Assembly (NCBI GenBank): GCA_041687695.1
Contig: JAWLBL010000003.1
Coordinates: forward strand, 1-23,559
Length of the DNA stretch: 23,559 nt
Source of the DNA: Myxococcota bacterium
GTDB taxonomy: Bacteria; Myxococcota_A; UBA9042; PHBI01; JAWLBL01
Direction of reading: 5' to 3'
A program made the position numbers and the translations under genes. Each line of letters begins with the position of its first letter. Position 1 is the first letter of the stretch. This document shows positions 10,574 to 20,829 of the stretch, piece by piece. The notes beneath the pieces were generated by a model. It made no database searches. It saw nothing but the letters and a program-made list of their open reading frames with translations, and was not told where the DNA came from.

Positions 10574-12025
10574 TCAGGCCGGCCTCGTCGGCCTCGTGCG
10601 CGCGCTGCGGCGCTCGATCCAGATGAGCAGGGCCAGGATGAGGACCGGATAGTGGAAGCCGGGCCAGATGCCGCGGAAGCCCAGGAAGAGCCAGATGGCG
10701 GTGGCGGCGGCCCACATGAGCTGCATGGGCGAGGCGGTCCCGCGGGTCCACAGGCGGTCGGTGAAGGCGGTCACGGCGCCGTAGAAGAAGCCGACGATGA
10801 AGATGCCCCACCAGCCCCAGCTCATGTGGTACTGGCCGACGATGGAGGGCATCGAGCTCGAGCCCGCGTCCATGTACTCGTCGTAGCCGCGGCGGCCGAA
10901 GCTGTATTGGCGCATCAGCTCGGGGTAGGGCTTGTTCGGCCAGATGGAGCGCGGGATGGGGTTGGCGATGAAGAGCCAGGTGGTCCACTCGCGCACGTAG
11001 TCGATGCGGTCGGGGACCAGGCTGACGGCGATGGCCGTCTCGATGAAGAAGTCGTTGTCCTCCATCGTGTACTCGGTCTGGCTCTCGATGACCTCGGTCG
11101 AGATGCCCTGGTCGCGGAAGGCCAGCTGCAGCTGCGCCGTCCACAGCACGGCCGTGACGACGACCGGGCCGATGAGCAGCCAGCGCAGGGCCTTGCCGGT
11201 CGCGAGCTGCTCGTGGAGCGACACCAGGATGGGCGGCACGACGATCAAGGCCGTCCACGAGCGCGTGCCCGAGTCGAAGTAGGTGATGAGGAAGCAGAAG
11301 GCGAAGAGCGCGCCCCAGCGGAGGCGACGGAAGCGGACGGCGCGCAGGGCCTCGGTGAAGGCGAGGGCGCCGGCGGTCACCAGGGCGGCGCGGCCGATGA
11401 CGTTGATGGGCTTGGAGGTGAAGGCGGCGTGGATCCAGGCCTTCTCGGTGGCCGAGCGCGAGCCCAGGATGCCGTCGAGGACGCCCTGCAGGTTCTCGCC
11501 GTAGATGGCGAAGGGGAGCAGCCCCACGGCCACCAGGGCGGCGACCACGACCGCCAGGCGGCTGGACGACAGCCCGCGCTCGGGGGCGCCGGGCGGGGCG
11601 TCGGGGCGCGGGACGCGCGGCGCGAGCACGAGGTAGGTGACCAGCGACAGGCCCATGAAGGCGACGATGCGCAGGAGGGCGCCTCGCACGTCGCCGTCGG
11701 TGAGGGCGTAGTCGACGCGGTCCTCGAAGGTGACGTCGGGATCGAGGGCCGTGCGCGCGCCGGGGATGGCGAACCAGAAGAGCTGGCCGGCGATGAGGAC
11801 CATCAGGCCGATGCGGCGCGAGCGCTCGAGGCCCAGGCCGATGCCCGCGGCGATGGCGATGGTGACGGCCGCGAAGGCGACCACCAGCCAGTCGGTGAGC
11901 GTGCGCTCGGGGGCCGCGTTGAGGGCGCCGACCAGGTACACACCCAACACCGCCACCACGATGGTCACGAGGACCAGCAGTAGCCGCAGGGCGCCCTGCG
12001 AGTCGGCGTGGGTCGACGCGCGCAT
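10574..12025 (-). CDS. Putative Wzy-type oligosaccharide repeat-unit polymerase, 483 aa
   Basis: About 11-12 hydrophobic segments. SGTRS loop, large periplasmic loop with NPIPRSIWPNKP, and PSIVGQYHMSWGWWG. TGATG-coupled to the upstream GT4. Confidence 0.75.
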   Translation of the reverse strand: MRASTHADSQGALRLLLVLVTIVVAVLGVYLVGALNAAPERTLTDWLVVAFAAVTIAIAAGIGLGLERSRRIGLMVLIAGQLFWFAIPGARTALDPDVTFEDRVDYALTDGDVRGALLRIVAFMGLSLVTYLVLAPRVPRPDAPPGAPERGLSSSRLAVVVAALVAVGLLPFAIYGENLQGVLDGILGSRSATEKAWIHAAFTSKPINVIGRAALVTAGALAFTEALRAVRFRRLRWGALFAFCFLITYFDSGTRSWTALIVVPPILVSLHEQLATGKALRWLLIGPVVVTAVLWTAQLQLAFRDQGISTEVIESQTEYTMEDNDFFIETAIAVSLVPDRIDYVREWTTWLFIANPIPRSIWPNKPYPELMRQYSFGRRGYDEYMDAGSSSMPSIVGQYHMSWGWWGIFIVGFFYGAVTAFTDRLWTRGTASPMQLMWAAATAIWLFLGFRGIWPGFHYPVLILALLIWIERRSARTRPTRPA

Positions 12026-13185
12026 CAGGCGCTGGCCTTCAGGCCCTCGGCGGGCGCGTCGGCGATCCCCAGCGCCTGTCGGCTGAGGCGGGCGACGATG
12101 CGGGCGCCCTCGCGGGCGTCGTAGGCCTGGGCGGCGGCGGCGGCCGCGCGGCCCAGCTCGGGCAGCTGGTCGCGGGCCTGGACGAAGCCGGCCAGCGCGT
12201 CGGCGAGCGCGTCCGGGTCGCCGGCCACGGGGGTCTTCAGGAAGGGGTGGCCCGACCCCAGATCGACGGCGCTGCCCATCTCGTCGGAGGCGATGACCGA
12301 CAGCCCGGCGGCCATCGCCTCGTGCACGACGATGCCCCAGCCGTCATAGCGCGAGGGGACCACGAACACGTCGTGGGCGCGCATGGCGTCCGGGACCTCG
12401 TCGGCCTCGAGGAAGCCGAGGTCGCGCACGGGCACGGGCAGCTTGGCGAGCACGTCGGCGGTCAGGTGGCCCATCGGGCCCTTGCCGGCGACCGAGACCT
12501 CCCAGCCGTCGGTGAGGCCGCGCTGGGCCAGGCGCTGGGCGGCGTCGCAGAAGACGTCGAAGCCCTTTCGGTAGCTGAGGCTGCCCGCGAACAGCAAGCG
12601 CACCCGGCCTTCGGGCGCGTAGGGGGCGGCGCCGCGCGCGAAGCGGTCGGTCGAGAAGACGTAGGGCAGCGAGGCGCAGGGGCGGCCCGAGATCTCGGCC
12701 ATCTGCTGGCGGGCGCGCTCGCCGACGCCCCAGATGGCGCGGGCGAAGCGGGCGGCGGGCCAGAAGGCGACCTTGCGGCCGAGCGGGCGCAGCGCGGCGG
12801 GCAGGGGGCTCGGGACCTCGAAGTGCTGGACGCCGTGGCGCTCGGACCAGAAGGCCCAGGGCACGCGGAACAGGGTCGCGAGGGCCATCAGGGCCTGATA
12901 GGACAGGCCGGCGTACTGGCAGACGACGAAGAGGTCGGCGCGGGCGCGCGCGAGGGCCGCCGGCAGGGTCGGGTTGAGGTAGAAGGCCGAGCGTTCGAAG
13001 AGGACCGGCAGCAGCTCGTGGCTGTGGTTGCGGTCGGGGATGCGCTTCCAGTGGCGAAAGCCCGTGGTCGAGCGCAGGTAGATGACGTGGAGGTCGACCT
13101 CGTCGGCCGCCGCGATCGCGTCGAACAGATCGATCTGATAGTGCGACGGGATGTTGGTGACGAAGACGACGCGGGGTTTGGGCAT
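12025..13185 (-). CDS. Glycosyltransferase family 4 (GT-B), 386 aa
   Basis: Starts MPKPRVVFVTNIPSHYQ. Motifs LLFAGSLSYRKG and DVFVVPSRYDGWGIVVHEAMAAGL. The real start lies inside the 1002-aa ORF. Confidence 0.9.
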   Translation of the reverse strand: MPKPRVVFVTNIPSHYQIDLFDAIAAADEVDLHVIYLRSTTGFRHWKRIPDRNHSHELLPVLFERSAFYLNPTLPAALARARADLFVVCQYAGLSYQALMALATLFRVPWAFWSERHGVQHFEVPSPLPAALRPLGRKVAFWPAARFARAIWGVGERARQQMAEISGRPCASLPYVFSTDRFARGAAPYAPEGRVRLLFAGSLSYRKGFDVFCDAAQRLAQRGLTDGWEVSVAGKGPMGHLTADVLAKLPVPVRDLGFLEADEVPDAMRAHDVFVVPSRYDGWGIVVHEAMAAGLSVIASDEMGSAVDLGSGHPFLKTPVAGDPDALADALAGFVQARDQLPELGRAAAAAAQAYDAREGARIVARLSRQALGIADAPAEGLKASA

Positions 13186-13299
13186 GACCGGCTCGGCGCG
13201 TGTGTCGGGGCTCGCGGGTGGGTTGCTCGCGGGCCCGGTTCGGATCGGTCGTCTAACACCAAGGGGGCCGTCGGGCCATTCCGGGACAGGGAGTGAGGC

Positions 13300-13962
13300 G
13301 TGATCGTTACGTTTTCGGGCGTGGACGGGGCTGGCAAGACGACGCAGATCGAGCGGCTGGTCGCCGCGCTGCAGGAGCGCGGGGTGGACGCGCGGCGGTT
13401 CTGGTTCCGGCCGGGGTACTCGGACGAGCTGAACGCGCTGCGCGCGGCGGTCAGGCGGCTGCGGCCGGGGGCGTTGCCGGCGGCGGGGCCGTCGAAGGAC
13501 CGGGATCGGGCCTTCAGCAAGGGGCGGGTGCGCGCGGCGTGGGTGGCGATGGCGCTGGCCGACACGTTGGGGCAGCTGGCGGTGAAGGTGCGGGCGATGG
13601 AGCGCGGCGGGCGGGTCGTCGTGTGCGACCGGTGGCTCGAGGACGCGTCGCTGGACCTGGCGTTCCGGTTCCCCGAGGTGTCGCGGCACCTGGAGCCGGC
13701 TTGGCGGGTGCTGCACGCGGCGGCGCCGAGGCCACAGGTGCGGATCCTGATGATGCTGCCGCACGACGAGATGCTGGCGCGGCTGGCGGCCAAGGACGAG
13801 CCGTTCCCCGACCCGCCGGACGTGCGGGACCGGCGGTACGCGGCCTACCAGGCGCTGGCGACGGCGGGGACGCACACGGTCGTGGACGCGGCGCGGTCGA
13901 TCGAGGAGGTGGGCGCCGAGATCCTGGCGGCGGTCGAGGCGCAGCGGAGGGGCGGGGCGTAG
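13300..13962 (+). CDS. Thymidylate-kinase-like P-loop kinase, 220 aa
   Basis: Walker A in IVTFSGVDGAGKTTQ and VVVCDRW (the DRx motif of dTMP kinases). GTG start after GGAG/GAGG. The context suggests it is not the housekeeping tmk. Confidence 0.8.
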   Translation: MIVTFSGVDGAGKTTQIERLVAALQERGVDARRFWFRPGYSDELNALRAAVRRLRPGALPAAGPSKDRDRAFSKGRVRAAWVAMALADTLGQLAVKVRAMERGGRVVVCDRWLEDASLDLAFRFPEVSRHLEPAWRVLHAAAPRPQVRILMMLPHDEMLARLAAKDEPFPDPPDVRDRRYAAYQALATAGTHTVVDAARSIEEVGAEILAAVEAQRRGGA

Positions 13963-14013
13963 GGCGCCGCGAGCTTTGCCAACCAGCGAGCCCCCGCGAG
14001 CGGGGGCACTCCA
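13962..14013 (-). repeat. Family-B REP-like element between convergent genes
   Basis: Reverse complement reads TGGAGTGCCCCCGCTCGCGGGGGCTCGCTGGTTGGCAAAGCTCGCGGCGCCC. Confidence 0.85.
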
Positions 14014-14021
14014 GGGTGGCG

Positions 14022-15284
14022 CTAGCGCGGAGGGGTGAGCAGGGCGTCGGCGAAGGCCTGGGGGGTGTTCTCGGCGGCGAAGGCCCGCATCGCGGCGGGG
14101 TCGCAGGTCGAGGCGGGGGCGCGCAGCAGGCGGGCCAACGCGTCGGCCAGGGCGCGCGGGTCGGCGGCGTCGACCGTCAGGCCCAGGCGGTGGCGGCGGG
14201 TCTGCTCGCCCATCAGGCCATAGTCGGAGGCGAGGAGCGGGCGCTGGGCGGCGGCGGCGCGGATGACGATGCCGCTCGAGCCGACGTGGCGCTGGTAGGG
14301 CGCGAGGATGACGTCGGCGGCTGCGAACCAGTCCTGGGCCTCGGTCTCGGCGACGAAGCCGTCCTGCAGCACCACCTGCGCGGGGCTGTCGCGCCGGACC
14401 CGCGCCAGGGCCGCCGTCAGCGCCTGTTGGTCGCCGGGACCGACGGGGCCCGCCAGCACGATCGCCAGGCCGCGCGCCGCCTCGTCGGGCAGCAGCGGCA
14501 GCGCCTCGAGCAGCGGATAGAGCCCCTTGCGCGCGGTCAGCACCCCGAAGAGCAGCGCCATGCGCCGCCCGGGCTCGATGCCCAGGCGCGCTCGCAGGGG
14601 GTCGCGCTCGACGGACCGGCGCTCGGGCACCTCGACCGGGTCGGGCAGGGCCGCGATGGCGGCGCGGCGCCCCGGCCAGCGGGAGACCTGCGGGACGATG
14701 GTCGGGTCCAGGCTGTAGACCGTCTCGAGCGTCGGGTTGCGCAGGGCCCGCCACAGGAGCAGGTGCTGCCGGAGCCCGCGCGCGCGCTCGGACAGGGGCG
14801 CGCGGGCGCCGGTGAGCGCGCGGTAGTGGAAGGACGGCCGGAAGTAGATGCCGGCGACCGGGCAGGGGGCGCGCCGGCCGAGCGCGAGCGGGACCTGCAG
14901 GAGCCGGTCCAGGTACATGACCAGAAGGCGCGTCGCGCCCAGGCGCCGGCCGTAGCGCGTCAGGAGCTCCCACTCGTACAGCGCCGTCGGCGCCTGGCTC
15001 ATGCGCCCGCGCCGGGCGCCCAGCTCGCGCCATCGAGCGATCTCACGCGCGTCGACGGGGGCCGCGCTGGCCCGTCCGGTCATCAGCTCGGCGACCTCGG
15101 GGTAGCGTTCGAGCGCCTCGGGGGCGCACACCAGCGTCAGGCGCCCCGGCTGCCCGGTCTCGTGCCAACGGTGCACGAGGTGCCGCAGGTAGCCCCCGTG
15201 GTGCCCGCCGACCGCCGGCTCGAACACGACCAGGTGGGGCTCCGACGCCGGCGCCGCACCCGACTGCGGACCTCGTGACCTCAC
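14022..15284 (-). CDS. Glycosyltransferase family 4 (GT-B), about 420 aa
   Basis: N-terminal [14 protein letters not shown]; also [11 protein letters not shown] and [16 protein letters not shown]. The start is inferred from a GTGA overlap with the epimerase stop and is uncertain. Confidence 0.85.
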   Translation of the reverse strand: MRSRGPQSGAAPASEPHLVVFEPAVGGHHGGYLRHLVHRWHETGQPGRLTLVCAPEALERYPEVAELMTGRASAAPVDAREIARWRELGARRGRMSQAPTALYEWELLTRYGRRLGATRLLVMYLDRLLQVPLALGRRAPCPVAGIYFRPSFHYRALTGARAPLSERARGLRQHLLLWRALRNPTLETVYSLDPTIVPQVSRWPGRRAAIAALPDPVEVPERRSVERDPLRARLGIEPGRRMALLFGVLTARKGLYPLLEALPLLPDEAARGLAIVLAGPVGPGDQQALTAALARVRRDSPAQVVLQDGFVAETEAQDWFAAADVILAPYQRHVGSSGIVIRAAAAQRPLLASDYGLMGEQTRRHRLGLTVDAADPRALADALARLLRAPASTCDPAAMRAFAAENTPQAFADALLTPPR

Positions 15285-16342
15285 GCCGCGGCGTCGCGGA
15301 TGGCCGCCGACTCGGCGATCTCGACCAGGATGTCGTCGAGCGAGCGCGTGATGTCCCACTCGGGGAAGTGCGCGCGCATCTTGCGGAGATCGCTGATGTA
15401 GCAGATGTGGTCGCCGGTCCGGTTCTGGTCGACGTACTCCCACCGCACGCGGTGCCCGGTCAGCGCCTCGACCCGGTCGAAGACCTCGAGGATCGAGGTG
15501 CTGTTGGCGCGGCCGCCGCCCAGGTTGTAGACCTCGCCCGGCCGCGGCGCCTTGCGGAACGCCTCGAAGGCCTGGATGACGTCGAAGCTGTGGATGTTGT
15601 CGCGGACCTGCTTGCCCTTGTAGCCGAACACCTTGTAGGTCCCGCCCGTGACGGCGACCTTGACCAGGTAGGCCAAAAAGCCGTGCAGCTCGACGCCCGA
15701 GTGCGACGGCCCGGTCAGGCAGCCGCCGCGGAAGACGCCCACGTTCATGCCGAAGTAGCGCCCGTACTCCTGGGCCATCACGTCGGCCGCGGTCTTCGAG
15801 GCGCCGAAGACCGAGTGCAGGCAGCGGTCGATGCGGCACGTCTCGTCGATGCCCTCGAAGTCCTCGGGCCGCGCGTACTCCCAGCGCTTGTCGAGCTCGA
15901 CCAGCGGCAGCTCGTTGGGGACGTCGCCGTAGACCTTGTTGGTGCTCATGTGGATGAACACCGCCTCGGGGCAGTGTTGGCGCGTCGCCTCGAGCAGGAC
16001 CATGGTCCCCAGCGCGTTGACCTCGAAGTCGAGCACCGGGATCTGGGCCGCCTTGTCGTGCGACGGCTGGGCGGCGCAGTGGACGATGAGGTCGAAGCGG
16101 TTGTCGCGAAACAGGCGGTCCATGGCGGCCTTGTCGCGGATGTCCGCCGCGACCGGCTCGAAGCGGCGGGTGGCGCCGCGCAGGCGCTCGAGGTTCCACA
16201 GCGTGTCGCCGGCCGGGCCGAAGAACTCGGCGCGCATGTTGTTGTCGACGCCGACGACGCGGTGGCCCTCGCGATCGTAGTGGGCGACCGCCTCGGAGCC
16301 GATGAGGCCGCTCGAGCCCGTGACCAGGATGTTCATGCTCAT
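15281..16342 (-). CDS. NAD-dependent nucleotide-sugar epimerase/dehydratase (CDP-paratose/tyvelose 2-epimerase-like extended SDR), 353 aa
   Basis: Motifs [44 protein letters not shown] and [16 protein letters not shown] upstream. Confidence 0.88.
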   Translation of the reverse strand: MSMNILVTGSSGLIGSEAVAHYDREGHRVVGVDNNMRAEFFGPAGDTLWNLERLRGATRRFEPVAADIRDKAAMDRLFRDNRFDLIVHCAAQPSHDKAAQIPVLDFEVNALGTMVLLEATRQHCPEAVFIHMSTNKVYGDVPNELPLVELDKRWEYARPEDFEGIDETCRIDRCLHSVFGASKTAADVMAQEYGRYFGMNVGVFRGGCLTGPSHSGVELHGFLAYLVKVAVTGGTYKVFGYKGKQVRDNIHSFDVIQAFEAFRKAPRPGEVYNLGGGRANSTSILEVFDRVEALTGHRVRWEYVDQNRTGDHICYISDLRKMRAHFPEWDITRSLDDILVEIAESAAIRDAAA

Positions 16343-16527
16343 GTCGCCTCACCCTCCTCGCAGTGGTTGCCCGTTGCCGCGGCATGGATCAGAAGCGTGA
16401 CCGCCTGCGCGCGCGGACGGCGCCGACGGTCGGGCGGGTCTACCGGAGCCGGGCCGGAGAGGCAAGGAAGACGCGCGCCCCGAGCGGCGGCCGATAGTGG
16501 CTGTAAGGTCCCGAAGTCGCTGAGAAG

Positions 16528-17460
16528 TCAGGCCGGCGAGCGCCGGTAGATGTGCCAGAGGTGGTCGCGCGTGGCGTGCCAGGGCGGCCAGCGGCGGTGC
16601 AGGCGCTCGAGCGGGGCGGGCAGCGGGGCGACGCGGGCGGCGAGGCCCAGGCCGTCGGCCACGGCGCGGAAGGCCAGGGCCATGCCGACGCGCGCATAGG
16701 CGCGGGCGCGGCTGCGCGGCCGATCGTGCCAGCGGCGGTCGCGCGCCACCGGGGTGAAGCCGGCGTCGGCCATGACGCGGTCCAGGGAGCGGGCGGTGTG
16801 GGCGCAGACGTGCTCGGTGAGGCCCGTGTAGTACCAGCGCGGCCCCATCAGGCGGGCCAGCGGGGCGCCGGCGTCGCCCGTCTCGATGACGACCAGGCCG
16901 CCGGGCTTGACCCAGCGCGACAGGCGCGCGGCCAGGGCGCGCTGGTCGACGACGTGCTCGTGGACGTCGGACGAGAGGATGAGGTCGAAGTGCGCGTCCG
17001 GCAGGTCGGCGGTCAGCACGTCGCCTTCGACGACGTGGATGCCGCGCTCGCGCGCGACCTGGGCGGCGGCGGCCGACAGCTCGAGGCCCCAGCGCTCGAA
17101 GGTGTCGGGCAGGTGGGCCAGCAGCTCGCCGTGGAAGCAGCCGATGTCCAGCGCGCGGCCGGCTGGCAAGAAGGCCGTGATCTCGCGGATCTTGCCGGCG
17201 TAGTCGCGCGGCTGGGCGATGGCGGCGGCGTCGCCGGCCTGGCCCCAGTGCTGGGCGGGCGTGTCTCGGTAGGCCTGGGCCAGCGCCGCCGTGTCGGGCG
17301 GCGGGTCGATCCAGCGGAAGCCGCAGGCGCCGCAGGTCCACAGGGTGTCGGCGGTCTGGCGGGGCAGGGTGTCGCTGGGCAGCATGTTGACGCGGTAGCA
17401 CGGCGCCGAGTGGCGCGTGGGCGCGTCGCAGATGGGGCAGGGCTGGCCTTGGTGGGGCAT
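16528..17460 (-). CDS. Class I SAM-dependent methyltransferase with an N-terminal Cys4 zinc-ribbon-like motif, 310 aa
   Basis: CPIC...CGAC; motif I ALDIGCFHG; also FDLILSSDVHEHV and KPGGLVVIET. Confidence 0.85.
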   Translation of the reverse strand: MPHQGQPCPICDAPTRHSAPCYRVNMLPSDTLPRQTADTLWTCGACGFRWIDPPPDTAALAQAYRDTPAQHWGQAGDAAAIAQPRDYAGKIREITAFLPAGRALDIGCFHGELLAHLPDTFERWGLELSAAAAQVARERGIHVVEGDVLTADLPDAHFDLILSSDVHEHVVDQRALAARLSRWVKPGGLVVIETGDAGAPLARLMGPRWYYTGLTEHVCAHTARSLDRVMADAGFTPVARDRRWHDRPRSRARAYARVGMALAFRAVADGLGLAARVAPLPAPLERLHRRWPPWHATRDHLWHIYRRSPA

Positions 17461-17601
17461 GGCGGGGAGTCTGCCCGGGGCGCGGCGGGTCGGCAAGCGG
17501 GCGAAATCGCCTGCTCGGACATTGATCAAGGGCCCCGGACGCGACAACAGTACGCGGCGCGAGGCGGGCGCCCCGGTGCCGGGGCCCGCGAGCGAGGTCT
17601 G

Positions 17602-18531
17602 ATGACGACGAGCACGAGCATGGGTGAGCTGACGAGGGCGCTGGCGCCGCGGCTGGTCGCGGTGGGGCGCAAGGTCTACCGGCATCCGCTGGTGACCGCG
17701 GGGCGGCAGGCGCTGCCGGCGCCGTTGCGCGGCCGCCTGGGGGCCACCAAGGCCAAGATCAGCCGGGCGCTGCACATCCGATCGCTGCCGCTGCACCCGG
17801 GCGACGTGTGGCTGGCGTCCTATCCGCGCTCGGGCAACACCTGGATGCGCTTCATGCTGGCGTACCTGACCGCGCAGGATCCGGCCGACGTCGACTTCGA
17901 CAGCATCGAGCGCTACGCGCCGGACATGCACGTCACCGTGCCGCCGCCCGAGGCCGGGCCGCGGGTCATCAAGACGCACTATCCAGGCGAGCGCTGGTTG
18001 GAGCGGGTCGTCTTCATGTTCCGCGACCCGCGCGACGTGGCGGTGTCCTACTTCCACTATCGCCGGAAGCTGCAGCTCGTCGGCGACGACTGGCCGGCCT
18101 TCCTGGAGTGGTTCCTGACCGGCCGCGACGACGCCTTCGGGACCTGGGCCGACCACGCGAACGCGTGGATCGCGCGGGCCGACGACCCGCGGTGCCTGAT
18201 GCTGCGCTACGAGGACTGCAAGCGGGACGCGGCCGGGGCGCTGCGGCAGGCGGCGGCCTTCCTCGGCTGGGAGACGGCGGCGCGCAACGTCGAGGCGGCC
18301 GCCGAGCGGGCGTCGTTCGACAACATGCGCGCGCTGGAGCAGGGCGGCTCGGGCGGCGGGCACATCCGCGGCAAGGACGACAGCGTCGCCTTCGTGCGCG
18401 CCGGCTCGGTGGCCGGCTGGCGCGAGCAGTTCACCGAGGCCCAGGCCGCGCGGCTCGGCGCGCTGTGGGCCGAGCCGATGCGGCGCCTCGGGTACGACCC
18501 CGACGAGCGGCCGACTGGGAAGCAAGCATGA
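17602..18531 (+). CDS. PAPS-dependent sulfotransferase (Sulfotransfer_1 type), 309 aa
   Basis: 5'-PSB loop [13 protein letters not shown], 3'-PB motif [18 protein letters not shown] and C-terminal [17 protein letters not shown]; alternative start at 17620. Confidence 0.9.
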   Translation: MTTSTSMGELTRALAPRLVAVGRKVYRHPLVTAGRQALPAPLRGRLGATKAKISRALHIRSLPLHPGDVWLASYPRSGNTWMRFMLAYLTAQDPADVDFDSIERYAPDMHVTVPPPEAGPRVIKTHYPGERWLERVVFMFRDPRDVAVSYFHYRRKLQLVGDDWPAFLEWFLTGRDDAFGTWADHANAWIARADDPRCLMLRYEDCKRDAAGALRQAAAFLGWETAARNVEAAAERASFDNMRALEQGGSGGGHIRGKDDSVAFVRAGSVAGWREQFTEAQAARLGALWAEPMRRLGYDPDERPTGKQA

Positions 18532-19181
18532 CCATCTCGCCCAAGCCGGCGTCCCGGCATCCGGCCAACGCCCTGCCCAAGTCGCGCAACCTGACCGAGG
18601 TGGCCCACCGGGTCACGCGCGAGATGCGCCAGGCGCGCAACGCCCACCGGGGCGGCGTCCTGTGGTTCACGGGGCTGTCCGGGTCGGGCAAGTCGACCCT
18701 GGCCATGGAGCTGGAGCGGCGCCTGTTCGAGCGCGGCTATCAGGTCTTCGTGCTCGACGGCGACAACCTGCGCACCGGGCTGAACCGGGACCTGGGCTTC
18801 AGCGCCGCCGACCGCGACGAGAACATCCGCCGCGTGGGCGAGGTCGCGGGCCTGTTCGCCGAGGCCGGGATGATCGTCATCAGCGCCTTCATCTCGCCCT
18901 ACCGCGCCGGGCGGGCGGGCGCGCGGGCCTCGGCGCCCGAGTTCCACGAGGTGTGGATCAAGACGCCGCTCGAGGTGTGTGAGGACCGCGACCCCAAGGG
19001 CCTGTACCGCAAGGCGCGGGCGGGCGAGATCCGCGACTTCACGGGCATCTCGGCCCCCTACGAGCCGCCCGAGGCGCCCGAGGTCGTCGTCGAGACCGCA
19101 GGCCGCAGCGTCGACGCCTGCGCCGAGCTGCTGGTCGAGTACGTCGACGCTACGTTCAAGCTGCCCGACGTCGAGCCCTAG
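18528..19181 (+). CDS. cysC: Adenylyl-sulfate (APS) kinase, 217 aa
   Basis: Motifs [40 protein letters not shown] and [15 protein letters not shown] overlap with the sulfotransferase. Confidence 0.95.
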   Translation: MTISPKPASRHPANALPKSRNLTEVAHRVTREMRQARNAHRGGVLWFTGLSGSGKSTLAMELERRLFERGYQVFVLDGDNLRTGLNRDLGFSAADRDENIRRVGEVAGLFAEAGMIVISAFISPYRAGRAGARASAPEFHEVWIKTPLEVCEDRDPKGLYRKARAGEIRDFTGISAPYEPPEAPEVVVETAGRSVDACAELLVEYVDATFKLPDVEP

Positions 19182-19188
19182 CGCTCGC

Positions 19189-19240
19189 TGGAGTGCCCTC
19201 GCTCGCGAGGGCTCTTGGGATCGCGCCGCTCGCGGCGCCC
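19189..19240 (+). repeat. Family-B REP-like element between convergent genes
   Basis: TGGAGTGCCCTCGCTCGCGAGGGCTC-N13-GCTCGCGGCGCCC. Confidence 0.85.
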
Positions 19241-20776
19241 TCAGCCTCTGCGCCGCCGCAGCGCCTTGGCGTACCCGAGCACCTCGCGGGTCAGCGCCGG
19301 CATCAGCGCCCGCGCCAGGGCCAGGTACAGCACCCCGGTGGCCAGCGAGACCACGGCGATGCGGGTCACGAGGCCGAGCGAGGTGTCGGCCGGGATCTGC
19401 TGGCCCAGCCACCAGGCGGCGCCGACGGCGGCGGGGCCGGCGAGGATCGGGCCGGCGAACACCTGGCGCAGGGCCCGCAGCCCGGTCCCGTGGGGGCGCA
19501 GGGCGAGCAGCATGTAGCCGGGCCCCAGCAGCGTCGAGTGGGCGGCGGCGGCCCAGGCGACGGTGGTGACGTCGCCGAAGTGGGCGGCGGCGCCGATGGC
19601 GGCGAAGAAGGTGACGGCGTTGGTGGTGGCGGCGGCGATGAAGGCCATGTAGCGGCCCTGGGCCTCGAACATGCTGACGCAGGGGCCGGTGACGACGCGC
19701 AGGGCCATGCCGAGGCTGAGGATCTGCAGCAGCGGGATGGAGGCCAGCCAGCGCGTGTCGAAGAGCAGGCGCAGGCCCGGGTCGGCGAGGGCGGCCTGCA
19801 GGAGGGAGAGGGGGACGCCGGCGAAGGCGAGGGCGCGCAGGGCGCGGACGAAGGCGGCGGCCTGGCGCTCGGGCTCGTCCTTGAGCTTGGACAGGGCGGG
19901 GAAGAGCGCGGCCATCAGCGACTGGGTGGCCAGGGTGATGGTCTGGATGGAGAGGTTGAAGGCGAAGAAGTAGACGCCGACCGTGGCGGCGTCGTGGGTG
20001 AGGCCGAGGACGATGTAGTCGCCCTGGGAGACGGCGGTGGTGGCGAAGGTGCCGATGAGGAGCAGGCTGCCGTCGCCCAGGAGCGAGCGCCAGGCGTGGA
20101 AGCCCGGGTCGCGGGAGAGGCGGACGTCGGTCTGGCGCCACAGCAGCACGAGGCTGGAGACGGCGACCAGGGGGACGGGCAGGGCGAAGGCGAGGGCGCC
20201 GAAGCCCATGGCGGCGAAGCCGATGGTCAGGGCGGCGGTGGCGACCATGCGGTAGACGCGGACGGCGGCGACGGCGCGGAAGCGGAGCTGGGTCTCGAGG
20301 CGGGCGGTGGGGATGGTGGCGAGGGCCTGGAAGGGGCTGGCGATCGCCATGATCCAGATGAGGTCGCGGACGGCCGGGGCGTCGTAGAGCTCGGCGGCCA
20401 CGGGGCCGGCGGCGAGCATCAGCAGGCCGGCGAACACGCCGAGGGCCAGCGACATCCAGGCGCCGGGGCCGGCCCAGGCGTGGAAGTCGGCCTGGCGGTG
20501 GACCAGGACCTGGCGCAGGCCGGCCTGGCGCAGCAGGTCCGAGAAGGCGGCGACGGTCATCGCCAGCGCCATCAGGCCGAAGTCCTGCTCGAGCAGCAGC
20601 CAGGCCAGCACGACCTGGGTCAGGGTGGTGATGCCCTTGGACAGCAGGGTCGTCAGCAGGTACCAGGCCGTGCCGCGGAGGGTGTGGCCGGTCAGGCCCT
20701 GGGGACCCTGCCCCTGCGGGCGCGGCGCCGCGGGTGACGGGTTGGGCTGGGGCGCTGGCTGCGGCGACGCGGTCAT
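19241..20776 (-). CDS. wzx: Wzx-type oligosaccharide flippase (WzxC/PST family), 511 aa
   Basis: Motifs TLRGTAW..VVLAWLL..DFGL, GLRQVLV, DYIVLG...VGVY..AFNL and LFPALSKL, with 12-14 TM segments. The longer ORF start at 20926 lies in repeats. Confidence 0.88.
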   Translation of the reverse strand: MTASPQPAPQPNPSPAAPRPQGQGPQGLTGHTLRGTAWYLLTTLLSKGITTLTQVVLAWLLLEQDFGLMALAMTVAAFSDLLRQAGLRQVLVHRQADFHAWAGPGAWMSLALGVFAGLLMLAAGPVAAELYDAPAVRDLIWIMAIASPFQALATIPTARLETQLRFRAVAAVRVYRMVATAALTIGFAAMGFGALAFALPVPLVAVSSLVLLWRQTDVRLSRDPGFHAWRSLLGDGSLLLIGTFATTAVSQGDYIVLGLTHDAATVGVYFFAFNLSIQTITLATQSLMAALFPALSKLKDEPERQAAAFVRALRALAFAGVPLSLLQAALADPGLRLLFDTRWLASIPLLQILSLGMALRVVTGPCVSMFEAQGRYMAFIAAATTNAVTFFAAIGAAAHFGDVTTVAWAAAAHSTLLGPGYMLLALRPHGTGLRALRQVFAGPILAGPAAVGAAWWLGQQIPADTSLGLVTRIAVVSLATGVLYLALARALMPALTREVLGYAKALRRRRG

Positions 20777-20829
20777 CCGCGGCGCACCTTGCGCCAGTTC
20801 CAACGTCTCGACAAGCTTCGCACCAGGCC

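Noticed and set aside
12025..18525. Apparent giant or fused proteins (1002, 787, 665 and 659 aa ORFs)
   Set aside because: Only the C-terminal parts carry family motifs, and the N-terminal extensions overlap other real genes. Starts were reassigned to 13185, 15284, 17460 and 17602.
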